From Azolla caroliniana (Eukaryota; Plantae; Polypodiophyta), in NCBI GenBank assembly GCA_043228905.1, contig JBHGNT010000001.1, positions 21,638,001-21,702,000 of the forward strand: DNA of 64,000 bases. The letters run 5' to 3'. The position numbers were made by a program, and so were the translations under genes. Below are positions 23,701 through 36,755 of this stretch, piece by piece. The stretch's first letter is position 1, and each line of letters opens with the position of its first letter. Below the pieces are notes generated by a model. That model worked only from the letters and a program-made list of their open reading frames with translations. It was not told where the DNA came from and ran no database searches.

Positions 23701-24790
23701 CTCCCCGAAAATGGTACCGGAAGTTCGATTCCTTCATGACCGATCAAGGGTACCACAAGACGCAGACCGATCACTGCGTGTTTGTGAAGAAGTTCGAAGG
23801 AGGCGACTTCCTGATACTCCTTCTGTACGTGGACGACACGTTGATCGTCGGACGGGACCAAGTCAAAATACGGATGCTGAAGAAGGCTCTCAACCGGACC
23901 TTCTCAATGAAAGACTTGGGTCCAGCAAGACAGATGCTGGGGATGCATATTATCCGGAACCGGTCAGCGAAGCAATTATGGCTATCACAGGAGAAGTACG
24001 TCACTGGTTCAACATGTCAGAAGAGAAACCGGTCGGATCGACACTTCCGGCAAACTGCAGGTTATCTGGTAAGCAAATCCCGAAGACGAAAGCAGAGAAG
24101 GCGGATATGATGAAGATTCCATATGCCTATGCCGTCGGGAGCTTGATGTACGCAATGGTGTGTACCCGACTGGATATAGGATACGCAATCGGAGTGGTGA
24201 GCCGGTTTATGAGCAATCCCGACAAGGAGCACTGGAACGCTGTCAAATGGATACTCCGGTATTTGAAGGGCACTTCAAATATGTGTCTCCGATTCGGCTC
24301 CGGAAAACCTCAACTTGACGGTTTCACCGATTCGGACATGTCGGCTGATGTGGTTACCAGCCGGTCTACATCCGGGTATGTAATGACATATGCAGGGGGA
24401 GCTGTTTCGTGGCAGTCGAGGCTACAGAAGACGGTTGCGTTGTCAACCACAGAGGCGGAGTACATGGCGGCTGTGGAAGCCGGCAAGGAAATCTTATGGA
24501 TGAAGGACTTCATCGGAGAGCTCGGTATCCGGCAAGATGAATACCGGCTCTATTGCGACAGTCTAAGTGCCATCCACCTTGCTAAGAATGCAGCCTACCA
24601 TTCCTGGATGAAGCATATCCAGCGAAGATATCACTGGATTCGGGAAAGAGTAGATGACCAGGAGTTCGCACTGACGAAGATCCACACGGCCGAGAACGGG
24701 TTAGATATGCTGACCAAAGTGCTGATACTCGACAACCTGGATGCAGCCGGAAGAGGATCGGTCTAGTAAGACACCCCATGCCGGAGTGAA
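20757..24790 (+). pseudogene. Copia gag-pol of copy B (Gag, CCHC knuckle, PR, IN, RT, RNase H)
   Basis: ORFs 20757-21131, 21156-24110 and the tail of 23378-24766 carry all domains in copia order. Confidence 0.92.
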
Positions 24791-24818
24791 GGGGGAGTTT
24801 GTTGGGAGACAGGTCCCT

Positions 24819-25122
24819 CCGGATGGTGCAGACCCGGTGAGAACCGGATGAGGAGTACTCGGCTACGGAGAGCCGGATGGTGCAGGCCCAGTGAGAACCG
24901 GATGAGGAGTACCCGGCTACGGAGAGCCGGATGGTGCAGGCCCGGTGAGATCCGGATGAGGAGTACCCGGCTACGGAGAGCTGGATGGTGCAGGCCCGGT
25001 GAGAACCGGATGAGGAGTACCCGGCTACGAAGAGCCGGATGGTGCAGGCCCGGTGAGATCCGGATGAGGAGTACCCGGCTACGGAGAGCCGGATGGTGCA
25101 GACCCGGTGAGAACCGGATGAA
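24819..25122 (+). repeat. 54-bp tandem repeat in U3 of the copy B 3' LTR (~5.5 units)
   Basis: Same unit as in the 5' LTR. Confidence 0.95.
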
Positions 25123-26589
25123 GAGACATATTCGTAAATATGTTTCTGAGAGTCCATCGAGGCCATATTTTGTAAATAGCCGAAAAGTCATATTAGTATA
25201 AATATGGCTTAGGGCAAACTTTTAGTAACGTGGTTGTTATTATTATTTCTTGTCTGCATGAGATCAGAGCGCGCAACAGTGTACAGAGAGAGAGAGAGAG
25301 AGAGAAAGAGGTCGTTGCCTCTGTTGTAACCACCGTCTGTGGCGAAGATTGTGAGCACGAGGTCGTTGCCTCCGTGAACTCACTGCTGTACATACTAACC
25401 TAGTGATAGTTTGCAGCCTGTGGGTTGCCGTGGTTTTTCCCCTAGTTTGGGGTTTTCCACGTAAACTTCCTGTGTACCTCTTCTCTCCTTTTGTGTCGCG
25501 TGTTTTCCGTTTCCTGTTTTTTTTTTCTGTGTATCATTCTAAGCTCGGTTGTGGCCGAGCGTTGTGCATAAGGAGCGTTGAGTTCTCGTCATGTTCTTCA
25601 CTAAGTTGACTAGGCAACATCTATTCTCCTTTGTTCTTTGTTTCTAACAGATGTAACCGGGCGTGCCAAAGTTTGTGTTATCACCTTCCTAGTTGACAAA
25701 CACAAAGGTCGAACAACTTACTCTCTAAGTCGTTCTACCAAGGGGATTGTGGTTGGCGTTATGGATTTGATAAATCACAATTCCTTACTTAATACTACCT
25801 GGTTACGTATCACTCTATGATATTCTTCACCTCTAATCATACACAGATATTACTTTGTAAACATAATCACACTCAAAGTCATGATCGCCTATATACATAA
25901 ATACTCTCTTTGTCTCTCTAGTCATACAACACTTCAAACAACAGAATAATAGAAAATACAAAGTAATCTAATTTAAAAAATATATTAAATCATATGCTTA
26001 CAAATCAATTCTTTTTACAATGCCTTGCACCCCTTTAAATAGGTGGTATAGGAGGTTCTCTTCAAGAAACTACAAAATTACCTTTCGGCAAGAAACATAA
26101 AATAGTTCTAACTTCCTACTTGGCATTTTGGACTATTAAATTTATTATTATTATATTTCTGACTATTATATTACTTAGTCTTTGACTGACACATTCACAC
26201 CTATCCTATTTCTGACCCATAACTTAGTCGACTAACTTACGACTCATACTTTACGACTATTACATTAGACTTTTCTACTCAGATCGAGCTGCCCTAGTAA
26301 CAACCAAGTGTCTCACAACTGATCGATTCCAGTCTCTTCGGCACCACATGGGCATTGAGAGAAATTGGTCCAATTAAGTCAAACATTCAGGATGGTTTCG
26401 AACATTCGACATCAACATTTTGAGATTCGGCAACCAGTATAACTGACTCGGCATCATGCTCTCCGAATTGGACTCACTTTCGGGCTAGCCGATTTGACCT
26501 CAACCCTTTCGACTTCGGCCGATCCGGCTTCTTGATTTCTGGACATTGCCGACTCGGACAAAAGCCGACTTGTTTGACAACTGGGTCGA

Positions 26590-27779
26590 ACTATTAGCTG
26601 GAAGAAAGTCGCTACCTTGCAAATGGGTATTTCGATACAAGTATGTATCTGACTAAGAAAAACCGAAGTACAAAGCTTGGCTTGTCGCGAAAGGGTTCAA
26701 GCAAGAATATGGGGTCGACTACGATCAGATATTCTCACAAGTAGTCAAGATGACTAACCTCCGACTCCTACTAGGAGTTGTAGCGACAGAAGATCTCGAG
26801 CTTGAGCAAATGGACGTAAAGACGACATTCCTACATGGAGATCTAGAAGAAGAAATCTACATGCCTCAACCGGCAGGCTTCTCGGCGACGGGGGAGGAAA
26901 GACACCTCATACATCGATTAAAGAAAAGTCTATATGGCTTGAAACAAGCGCCGAGGATGTGGTACCAGAAGTTTGACTCTTACATTAGGCAACTTGGATA
27001 CCACAGAACTAATTCCAACCCATGTATGTATGTTTGGCAACTAGCCGACGAGTCCAGGATCTATCTGATCCTATATGTCAACGACATGCTGATTGCAGGA
27101 AGCAATCAAGTAGAGATTGGAAAGTTGAAGCAGAGCCTTCACGACAAGTTTATGATGAAGGAACTCAGACAAGCCCGACATATACTGGGCATGAGAATTG
27201 AGTGAAATCGGACGACTAAGACTCTCCTCCGACTCTCCTAGTTCGACTATAACCGGAAGGTGCTGAAGCACTTCAACATGGAGAATGTGAAGCTAGCACC
27301 AACACCGTTTCCGACGTCGATCCGACTATCGGACAGAGAGAGAGCTTAATGGAAAGATGCCCTACACATCGGCTGTAGTAAGTATCATGTACGCAATGGT
27401 GGCGACCCGACCCGACCTAGCCTATTCCGTAGGGGTGGTCAACCAGTACATGTCAAACCCAGGACGGAAGCATTGGGAGGCCGTCCAGCACATCTTTTGG
27501 TACCTAAGAGGAACTGAAGATACACAGATGACTTTCGGTTTGACAACCTCAATCGAGTTGAAGGCTATACTGATTCCCACAATGCTGGAAATACAGATAA
27601 TCGGAAATCGACATTCGGCTACATCTTCAGCTATGGTGGTGGTGCAATATCATGGAGGTCTAAAATTCAAGAGTGCACGACTCTGTCTACCACAGAAGCC
27701 GAGTACATTGCGGCATCGGAAGCAGCAAAGGAAGCGATCTGGTTGCATTAGCTGTCTGTTGACTTCTCAGATACAAGTA
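26590..27779 (+). mobile_element. Degenerate copia RT-RNase H fragment (family D)
   Basis: EQMDVKTTFLHG, LKKSLYGLKQAPRMWY, LYVNDML, STTEAEY; contains stops and frameshifts. Confidence 0.85.
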
Positions 27780-28881
27780 TGTAAAAGAATATGTGTACGG
27801 AAGCGTATGCGTAAGACACAGAGCACACAGTTCAGAAGTATGACAGTTCGGTAAAAACGTAGAAACACAGAGATGGAGAGGGAGAGACAGAGAAAGAGAG
27901 AGCAGAATAAAAACTATATTAAAAACTAAATCTTTGGTGAAAGGAGTGGTGGTGATCATCGCGGTGGAAGTGACCGTGATGTGGAGTCGGATGAAGAATT
28001 TGATTTCGGGCCGACTGAAGAAGCCAATGAAGAGAGCAAGGGCTGTAATCATAGGGAAGAGCCGAGGACAGCCAAATCAGGGGGAGGTAAGACCAAGACC
28101 AAGACGTGGTCTGACATTGTCAAAGGCCTAAAGACTGAAGACGAATTGAAGATAGCCAATTCGGATGTGAGTGGAATTGAATCGGAAGAGACCGATTCAA
28201 TCGAAATGTTCGATTTGGATATTATGAATTGACTGAGGGCCAAGAGGAGGAAAGGACAACGGAAGAGGCGGAAACACCGCAACAACAAGGGAGTTGAGAA
28301 GGGCGAAATGAGTAGACTAGCCGACCAAAAGGGTCGAGGAGCGTGGAATCGAACAGGTCGAGGAACACGAGCAAGGTGTGAAGCCAAGAAAAGCCGGAGT
28401 GAAGATCTGGACGAGCATGTGGAACTTCAAGTGGAGCTTGAGGGGGAGTGTTGAGTGACAAGCTCAACATTGGGTGCGGAACACGGTCTGTAACCCAGTG
28501 CGTAGACTGGGTGCATAAAACAGTACGCATAACGTGGCCGTATCGGTGCATAAATTGAAAATCCGTTAGTATGGTATTCCTCTTAAGGAATAATTTTGGG
28601 AGTTAGTGTAGTAGGCTCATTTATGAGTAGTCAAGTACTGTCAGTACTTGTGTCAGCCCGATAGTTAGGGCTTGTATAAAAGGTGCTCACTGAGCACGAA
28701 GTATGTACAGAGTGTCATTACTTTGAAATAGAACTGAGTTGTCTGCTCTCTCTCTCTCTCTCTATCTTTCCCTCTCCCTCTCCATCTCCATCTTTGCATT
28801 TGCTGTGTTTTACCAAACTGTCATTCTCCGAACTGTGTACTCTGTGTTTCACATACGCTTCCGCACACGTATTCTTTTACA
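27780..28881. mobile_element. Rearranged family C (Ale-like) fragment: partial inverted LTR, then 3' region, PPT and full LTR
   Basis: 27780-~27930 is a minus-strand LTR end (TGTAAAAGAATA). PPT ttgagggggag at ~28438-28448. Plus-strand LTR 28449-28881 ends TATTCTTTTACA and is homologous to 34319-34740. Confidence 0.8.
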
Positions 28882-30447
28882 ACATGCTCATTGTAGTGCA
28901 CAATCTAGCAAAGATCGGAGAACTAAAGCAGTGCTTCTCCTAGTCCGACGACATTCGTAAAGTGTTGAAGTGCTTCAATATGGAGAACGTGAAGCCAACA
29001 TCAACTTCGTTACTAATGTTGATCACACTATCAAACAAAGACTCTCCATTGATAAATGAGGAGAGAAAGCTCAATGGAAATATACCCTACGCTTCGGCCA
29101 TAGGAAGTATCATGCACGCAATGGTGGCGATCCGAGCCGACCTTGCCTATGTCGTATGTCAGCCGATACATGTCGAACCCAGGATGGAAGCATTGGGAGA
29201 CCGTCAAGCAAATCTTCAAGTATCTAAGAGGAACCGAAGATGTATAGTTGACTTTCGGATCAACAAATCCAACCGAACTCGAAGGCTATACCGAATCAGA
29301 CTATGACGGAAATATAGATAATTGGAAGTCGACATCAGGCTACCTTTTCACTTATGGCAACGGTGCCATATCATGGAGGTCGAAACAACAAGAGTGCACG
29401 GCCCTGTCTACCATAGAGGTTGAGTACATAACAACATCGGAGGTAACGAAGGAAGCTCAACAATAAGATGAATCAATAATCCAGTACTGACCATCGATTG
29501 CGACTCTTAGAGCACAATTCACCTCATTCGAAATCCATTCTATCATTCAAAGACTAAACACAAGAGTTGTAGTTTCATCATATATGGGATCTCGTAACAA
29601 AGAAGAAGCTCAAAGTCTGGAAGATAGATACTGAGATGAACATCGTTGATTGCCTAACAAAGCCACTCCCAAATCAATGCTTTGGAGCACTGAGGACAAT
29701 GATGGGACTACAACAAGTTATTGAGCAGAAGAAAGCCCAAATAACAGTAGTAGAAGGAAAGTTGAAGATCAACCCAATCAGACGAGACAAAAAGGCAAAG
29801 TCAAAAGAATCGGAATGCCAAGAGGCTGAAGATGTAGCACTGAGCGAGGATACCGACTGAAGAGGAAACGATTGAGGGGCAAATGAACCCAAAGATAGAT
29901 TGAAGATTTTGCGAGGAGCACAGGAATGAGCACATAGAGGACACAATGAATCAAAGGCCGAGAGTCACAATTGGACATGAGCTGATCAAGACGAATGAGC
30001 CGATTCGGACGCAAGACGAGTCAAACTAGTCGATCAGATCAACTTGGACAAGCCGATCCAGACAATGTATGATCTGGATAACTAGCCGAATAAGGCTAAA
30101 TCCCAACTTTACCTCTACTGATTTAGCCATATGCCGACTAACTTGTAACCACACAAAATGTAACTTCAGAATAAAATTGTAATCAGGGTTTAGGGGGGTG
30201 ATAACTTTTATGGGTGAGTTTGTTGGGCTAAAAGTCCCACTTTACCCACTTGTATCCTAGTGTGAACACATCCTCACAATTAGGGCTAAGTTACCCTAAC
30301 TATATAAGTGAGAGACTAAGCATTGTAAATGAGGTTCAAAGATTAATGTAATATAGTCTTTCTTGAGCACATCTCTCTCTCTCTCTCTCTTTGTGTCACT
30401 GTCTACTTTCATCTTCTTGATTCTTATCAAAGTGCACATCTTCTTCA
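28882..30447 (+). mobile_element. Second family D copia 3' fragment (RT end, RNase H, long 3' UTR, putative short LTR from 30221)
   Basis: PYASAIGSIM, GYTESDY, ALSTIEVEY, DCLTKPL. TGTTGGG at 30221 is followed by a TATA and a CT tract. Confidence 0.7.
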
Positions 30448-30457
30448 CTACGTGTGT

Positions 30458-31629
30458 TGTTTGCCCGACTTACTGATAAGTCCTTAATCATGCTTCCATA
30501 CCAACCTCTTCTACATTGTTGTCCGCTCAATCTGGCTGACATCGGACTCTCCTCGGGTATTGACCTTACTTTGATCATTGTTCTCTATACTGTCAAGGTC
30601 AATCGGAAATGGTTCGGGTGGAGTCGGCTAAAGTTTGTACCAAGATGTTAATTTGTCAAAGACTACGTCCCGACTTATGTGAACCTTTCGAGTTCAGGTA
30701 GAGTCAGCTCAAGTTCATAGCAAGGTATTTGCCAGACTTATGGACAGGTCCTTAATCACACTTCCACACCAACATCTTCTACATTGTGGTCCACTCAATT
30801 TGGTTCAGGTCGGGCTCTCCTCGGGTATTGACCTTAGTTGATCATTGTTCTCTATGTCGTCAAGGTCAACCAGAAATGGTTTGGGTGGAGTTGGCTCAAT
30901 TTTGTACCAAGATGTTGATTCGTCAAAGACTATGTACCGACTTATGTGAACCTTTTGAGTTCAGGTGGAATCGGCTCAAGTTCGTACCAAGATGTTTTCC
31001 CGACTTACTGACATGTCCTTAATCACGCTTCCACACCAACCTCTTCTACATTGTGGTCCAATCAATCTGGTTGAGGTCAAACTCTCCTTGGGTATTGACC
31101 TTAGTTGATCATTTTTCTCCATGTCGTCAAGGTCAACAAGAAATGGTTCGGGTGGGGTCGGCTCAAGTTTGTACCAAGATGTTGATTCGTCAAAGACTAC
31201 CTCCCGACTTATGTGAACCTTTTGAGTTTGGGTGGAGTCGGCTCAAGTTCGTACCAAGATGTTTGCCAGACTTATTGACAGGCCCTTAATCACGCTTCCA
31301 CATCAACCTCTTCTACACTGTGGTCCAATCAATATGGTTGAGGTTGGACTCTCCTCGGGTATTGACCTTAGTTGATCATTGTTCTCTATGTCATCAAGGT
31401 CAACCTGAAATGGTTCGGGTGGAGTCGGCTCAAGTTCGTACCAAGATGTTGATTCGTCAAAGACTATGTCCCAACTTATGTGAACCTTTCGAATTCGGGT
31501 GGAGTCGATTCAAGTTCGTAGCAAAATGTTTGCCAAACTTACTGGCAGGTCCTTAATCACGCTTCCACACCAACCTCTTCTACATTGTGGTCCACTCAAT
31601 CTTGTTGAGATCAGACTCTCCTCGGGTAT
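30458..31629. repeat. 267-bp tandem repeat array, left part (~4.4 units)
   Basis: Homologous pseudo-ORFs start at 30786, 31053 and 31320, a period of 267. Confidence 0.92.
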
Positions 31630-34600
31630 TGTTGGGAAATCGGTCTCTCCGGATGGGATCTGGTGATGAATAAAGAGGACCCGATGAGAATTGGAAGAGA
31701 TCCAGAAACCGGAGGAGACCCCGTGAGAACCGGAAGAGAGCCAGTGAGAACCGAAAGAGATCCGGAAGGGTTTAGGGTTTAGGGTTTTCCATGTAAACCT
31801 CCTGTGTCATTTTTCTTGTGTACTCTCCACTTCCCATTTCTGTGTTTTGATTTCTTTTGAGAAGTGATTTACTACTCGGTTGTGGTTGAGCGATATTCCG
31901 CGCATTTCTCATCAAACTGGTATCAGAGCGAACAAGACAGAAAATGGAAGAATCTTACGACGGCATATTCAAGCTCACCGGCTCCAAGTACTCAGTGTGG
32001 AAGTCGAAGATGAGGGATAGGCTAGTGGTCAAAGATCTTTGGTTTCCGGTTCAGTTTGGGGACAAGAGACCGAACAAGATCGATGCCATAGTGAGGGAGG
32101 TAATGCACATGAAGACGACGACATACATCCGGTGCTTCATCGACATGAGCCTGTACAACAACTTCAATGAAGAGAGCAAGCAAGGCTCATCAACTATGGG
32201 AGAAGATCGACATTATGTTCCAAAACAAAAATGCTGTTAATCGGGTTTCGGTATTCCGGAAGCTAGTGAAGCTCCGGTACCAATATGGCTCCAGTATGGC
32301 GGAGCACATGAATGCCTTCCAGGGATTGATCCACTAGGCAACCTCGTTGGAAGTACCTCTTGCCGATGAGGTACTTGCATTACTCCTGCTCGGTTCCCTC
32401 CCGGATAAGTGACGTGGAACGTCGACGATCGCAACAAGTGAAGAGGAACTAATGCTCATCTCCGAAGAGAATGAGTTAAACCTTGTTAGCGATGAGACAA
32501 CATGGGTTGTCAATTCTGGAGCGTCGTTCCACCTGACACCAGATTGGAAATGCTTCTCATCCTACACAGTCGGTGATCACGGTTGTGTCCGGATGGGGAA
32601 TGAAGGGACATGCCGAATTATCAGCATAGGAGATGTGTTGTTGACGACATCAAACGGATGCAAGTTGCTGCTGAAGGATGTCCGACACGTTCCAGATGTT
32701 TGACTGAACCTGATATCAGCCGGTTAACTAGATGATGAAGGCTACATGGGTAGCATCCAGAACAGAGTCATGAAGTTCATCAAAGGAAGCTTGATCGTGG
32801 CTAGAGCCCGGAAGATCAACACGTTGTATCTGATGCATGCACGGATATGCCGGGAAGAAGTGAACGTAGCATCCGACACTGCCGGTGAGATGTGGCACAA
32901 AAGACAGTGTCACATGAGTGAGAAGGGGATGAAGAGGCTTGCCGAAGTCAACCTCATTCTAGTGAAGGACGTGCAACTTGAGAAGTGCACCGACGGCCTG
33001 GCCGGCAAGCAAAACCGCACCTCCTTTCGGTCAAGACCATCGATGAAACGGAGCTGGTGCATACCGATGTGTGTCAAGTAGACACGAAGTCACATCCTGG
33101 ATCACAGTACTTTGTGACGTTCATAACTGACCACAGCCGGAAGTTGTGGGTCTCACCGTTGAAGACGAAGGATCAAGTGGTATCCTTCTTCAAGGAGCTC
33201 CACGCGAGAGTGGAAAGAGAAACTGGCTGGAAGCTGAAAGCGGTTCGAGAAGATAACAGAGGAGAATACCGGGGGCAGTTTGAGGAGTACCGCCGGTCGA
33301 AGGGAATCCGGCTTGAATTCACCATGCCGAAGACACCAGAACTAAACGGGTTGGCCAAAAGGATGAACCGGACCATAATGGAGAGAGTCCGGAGCATGGT
33401 CGCACATGCAAAGTTACCCAAGAAGTTTTGGGCTGAGGCGCTGACGATGGAGACCTATGTGATAAACAGATCACCCTTAGTACTCTTGGACGGAGACTCA
33501 CCGCAGAAATTATGGACCGGTAAGGATGTGTCATACCGACATCTGACGGTGTTCGGGTGTCTCACATACGTGCAAGTGGCGAAGGACAAGAGAGCAAAGC
33601 TGGATCCGAAGTCCCGATCATGCATATTCCTTGGATACGGTAATGATGAGTTCGGTTACTGGGTGTGGGATCTGGTCGACAGAAAGGTGTTCCGGAGTCG
33701 GGAAATAGTCTTCATGGAAGATAGGACCATTGCCGACTGGGAGTCAGAGAAGAAGGTAACGAACTCCGGATCATCCATTGAAAACCGGCTTGAGGACAAA
33801 AGGATATACATGGTTGAAAACCGGATGTTAGCCGGTAACTGGATGACACTCGACAAACCGGCCGGATTCGGACAAGAAATTGAACCGACTGAAGAAGAAG
33901 AAGAAGAAAAAGACACCGAAACCAGACAAGATCCTGAATCAGATTCGGATTCGGAATAGAAGAGATATCCTTTGCGGGAGAGAAGAGCCCCCCGAAGATT
34001 TCCGGATGCAGAGCTTGTGTTGCTAACCGAAGAGGGGGAGCCGGAAAGCTTCGAAGAAGCAAAGAGAGACACCCACAACCGCAAGTGGTTGAGTGCCATG
34101 CAGGATGATATGGATTCCCTGCATAAGAACCACACATACGAATTGGTGGAGTTGCCGAAAGGAAAGAGGGCACTCTGGAACAAGTGGGTGTACAAGCTGA
34201 AACCAGGAGACGTCGGAAATCCACCAAGGTATAAGGCTCGAATCGTGGTGAACGGCTTCTAGCAGAAGAAAGGAGTGGACTTCGATGACATATTTGCCCT
34301 GGTAGTAAAGATGACATCTGTAAAAGAATACGTTGTGTGGAAGCGTGTGCGTACGACACAGAGTGCACAGTTCGGGAGAATAAGATAGCTCGGTAAAACA
34401 CAGAAAACGTAGAGATGGATATGGAGGGGGAGAGACAGAGTGAGCAGATAACAGAAACTCAGATTAAAAAATAATGCTTTGTACATACACCGTGCTCAGT
34501 GAGCACCTTTTATACAAGCCTTGACTATTGGGCTGACACAAGTACTAACAGTACTTGAATGCTCATAAATGAGCCTGCTACACTAACTCCCAAAATTATT

Positions 34601-36755
34601 CCTTACGAGGAATACCATACTAACGGCCTTCCGGTTTACGCACCGATACGGCCACGTTATGCGTACTATTTTACGCACCCAGTCTACGCACTGGGTTACA
34701 CACCGTATTACGCACTCAATGTTGAGCTTGTCACTTAACACTCCCCCTCAAGCTCAACTTGAGCTTCCGCCTGCTCCACCGGATCTACACTCCGGCTTCT
34801 CTTGGCTCCACACCTCACTCGCGCTCCTTGACCCGTTCGGTTCCGCGCGTCCGACCCTTTCGGTTCGGCATGTCTGCTCACACGGCCCTTCTCAGCTTCC
34901 TTGGTGTTGCGGTGTTGGCGCCTCTTCTACTACCTTCTCTTCCGCTTGGCCCTTGGTTGATTTAGCGTATCCGAACCGATTCGGCTTCCTCCGATCGGTT
35001 TACGCGATCGCTAGAGTTGGCTATCTCCAACTCGTCTTCGGTCTTTAGGCCCCTGACAATATCCGAACACAACTTAGTCTTGGCCTTATCTCCCCCTGTT
35101 CCGGCTGTCCTCGGCTCCTTCTTATGCTTACGGCCCTTGATTCCATCTTCGGCTTCTTCAGCCGGTTCGAAGTCGAAATCTCCATCTGACTCCGCATCTC
35201 GGTCACTTCCGCCGTGATGCTTACCTCCGCTCCTTTCACGCTCTGGTCCTTGACCTTCCTCTGGTCCTTGATCTTCTTCTCTCCCCCTGAAGTGCGGCGT
35301 GTCGAGGTGATGCAACCCAAGCACACCCGAGAAATGCCACAACTTGTCGAGACTAAGAGGCTTTGTGAAGATGTTGGCAATCTGCCGATCAGTCAAAACA
35401 TGCACTAGTTCGACTTCACCTAAAAGGACCCGCTCGCGGACAAATTGGTAATGCACCTCAATGTGCTTGGTCCGGGCGTGAAAGACGGGGTTCTTTCCAA
35501 GGTGGATACTACTGACATTGTCACAATAGATCGTCGTCGGATCAGACACCTCTACATGCAGATCCCATAATAGCCGTTTTAGTCAAATGACTTCGCATGT
35601 AGCGATAGTGCCCCTCGATTTTCGGCCTCCATGCTCGACAATGCTACTCTCGGCTACTTTTTGCTGCTCCATGCAATCGCCGCACTTCCTAATGAGAATG
35701 CGTATCCAGATGTGGATTTACGATCTTTGGCGTTTCCGGCCCAATCGACATTTGTGTAGCCAACTAACTGTTCGACTATGCCTGCCCGATAAAATAACGC
35801 CATGTCGTTCGTGCCGCTGACATAACGCAGTATCCGTTGCGCGCACTGAAAGTGTTCGGCCATAGGCTGCGGCATGAATTGACTGATTAAGCTGACCGGG
35901 TAGCTAAGATCCGACCGAGTAATCGTCAAATAGATAAGGCTCCTGACAATCTGTCGGAACAATGTTGGATCGCACGCCTTGCCTGAAGCTAGGCGAAGCT
36001 TCACGTTTCTCTCCAGAGGGGTCGAGATGGGCTTACAGTTTGCCATCCCGAACTTGAAGAGCACATTCAGTGTGTAATGATGCTAGCTGATCAATATGCC
36101 TGACGGGAACTCAACGCTCCTTATGCACAACGCTCGGCCACAACTGAGCTTAGATTCATACACAGAAAATAGGAAACGGAAAAACACGCGACACAAAAGG
36201 AGAGAAGAGGTACACAAGATGTTTACGTGGAAAACCCAAACTAAGGGAAAAAAACCACGGCAGCCCACAAGCTGCAAACTATCACTATGTTGGAATGTAC
36301 AAACAGTGAGTTCACGGAGGCAACGACCTCGTGCTCACGATCTTCGCCACAGGCGGCGGTTACAACAGAGGCAGTGACCTCTTTCTCTCTCTCTCTCTCT
36401 ATACACTGTTACGTGCTCTCTCTTCTTCTTGCACCAACAAAAATTGCAGCAACAGTTTACATCACACACAATAAGTTTGCCCTAAGTCATATTTATACTA
36501 ATATGACTTTTCGGCTATTTACAAATATAGCCTCGATGGACTCTCAAAAACATATTTACGAATATGTCTCTTCATCCGGTGAGCACTCCTCACTGGGTCT
36601 GCACCATCCGGCTCTCCGTAGCCGGGTACTCCTCATCCGGTTCTCACCGAGTCTGCACCATCCGGCTCTCCGTAGCCGGGTACTCTTGATCTGGTTCTCA
36701 CTGGGTCTGCACCATCCAGCTCTCCGAAGCCGGGTACTCCTCATCCGGTTCTCAC

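Larger units (their letters stand above)
20009..25591 (+). mobile_element. Tork-like copia copy B, near full length but defective
   Basis: 5' LTR 20009-20727 (5'-truncated), PBS TGGTATCAGAGC at 20730-20741, gag-pol 20757-24790 with a stop at 21129 and a frameshift at ~24003, PPT, 3' LTR 24800-25591. No TSD found. Confidence 0.95.
17258..26302 (-). mobile_element. Degenerate Ty3/gypsy (Tat/Athila-like) relic: 5' LTR, PBS, gag and protease, interrupted by two insertions
   Basis: Probable LTR ~25674-26302 (TG...CA). PBS TGGCACGCCCGG at 25657-25668, tRNA-Arg type. Gag pieces at 19755-19993 and 18405-18624, a Cys/His knuckle region at ~18160-18260, and protease IIDG / YPLLLGRPWL at 17258-17500. 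Confidence 0.7.

Noticed and set aside
30786-31556. Three similar 78-aa ORFs
   Set aside because: By-products of the 267-bp tandem repeat, with GTG starts and no domain motifs.
36413-36432. miR156-site-like GTGCTCTCTCTTCTT
   Set aside because: It lies in an LTR CT tract, the match fails over the 3' part, and it is unrelated to the SPL transcript.
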